A stretch of DNA of 64,000 nt from Antechinus flavipes. Its lineage: Eukaryota. The DNA lies in assembly GCF_016432865.1 (NCBI RefSeq), contig NC_067404.1:66092001-66156000 (forward strand), written 5' to 3'. Positions 63,751-64,000 of the stretch are shown here, piece by piece; positions within the stretch are counted from its first letter, which is position 1, and every line of letters begins with the position of its first letter. The notes below the pieces were generated by a model. That model ran no database searches. It was not told where the DNA came from and saw nothing but the letters and a program-made list of their open reading frames with translations. The position numbers and the translations under genes were made by a program.

Positions 63751-64000
63751 TGTTATAGGTTGGCGCGTAAGGCTTAAATCAGAGAGACAGGCAACCAATA
63801 GCTATTGGGACTTTTACTTCACATGAAATAGCGTACAAAAATGTTGGGAGAGGGAAAGGTTCTTTATGGTAAAGACAGATAACTAGAAAAAACATTTATT
63901 GTGTACTTATTATGTATAAGATAATGTTTCAAGCCCTGAAGAACAAGAAGACAAGCAAGCAAGATAGCCCTTACCCTGAAGGAGGTAACAATTTAATGGG

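Overview
AT-rich, repeat-dense mammalian DNA, not a prokaryotic window. The repeats (WSINE1-type and MAR1-type CORE-SINEs, MIR/MIR3, L2, L3/CR1, RTE fragments, marsupial-type L1 3' ends) indicate a marsupial, probably a dasyurid. This is inferred from recalled consensus sequences; no database search was run. I recognise no protein-coding gene, RNA gene or CRISPR array, and the longest ORFs in the track are decayed L1 ORF2 fragments. The window is most likely intergenic or deep intronic. Well-supported features: four 5'-truncated L1s with exact 14-18 bp target-site duplications (TSDs), a fifth with a degraded TSD, a solo LTR with a 6-bp TSD, an RTE 3' end with a 12-bp TSD, a near full-length decayed L1 fused tail-to-tail to an opposite-strand L1, microsatellites and a 135-N gap. 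The most unusual observation is a ~140-bp insert at 7852-7999 inside an old L1, built from two local templates 2 kb upstream and 1.5 kb downstream. Several splice-competent exon candidates on both strands are reported only as low-confidence leads. Boundaries of old repeats are approximate (tens of bp); TSD coordinates were counted directly.
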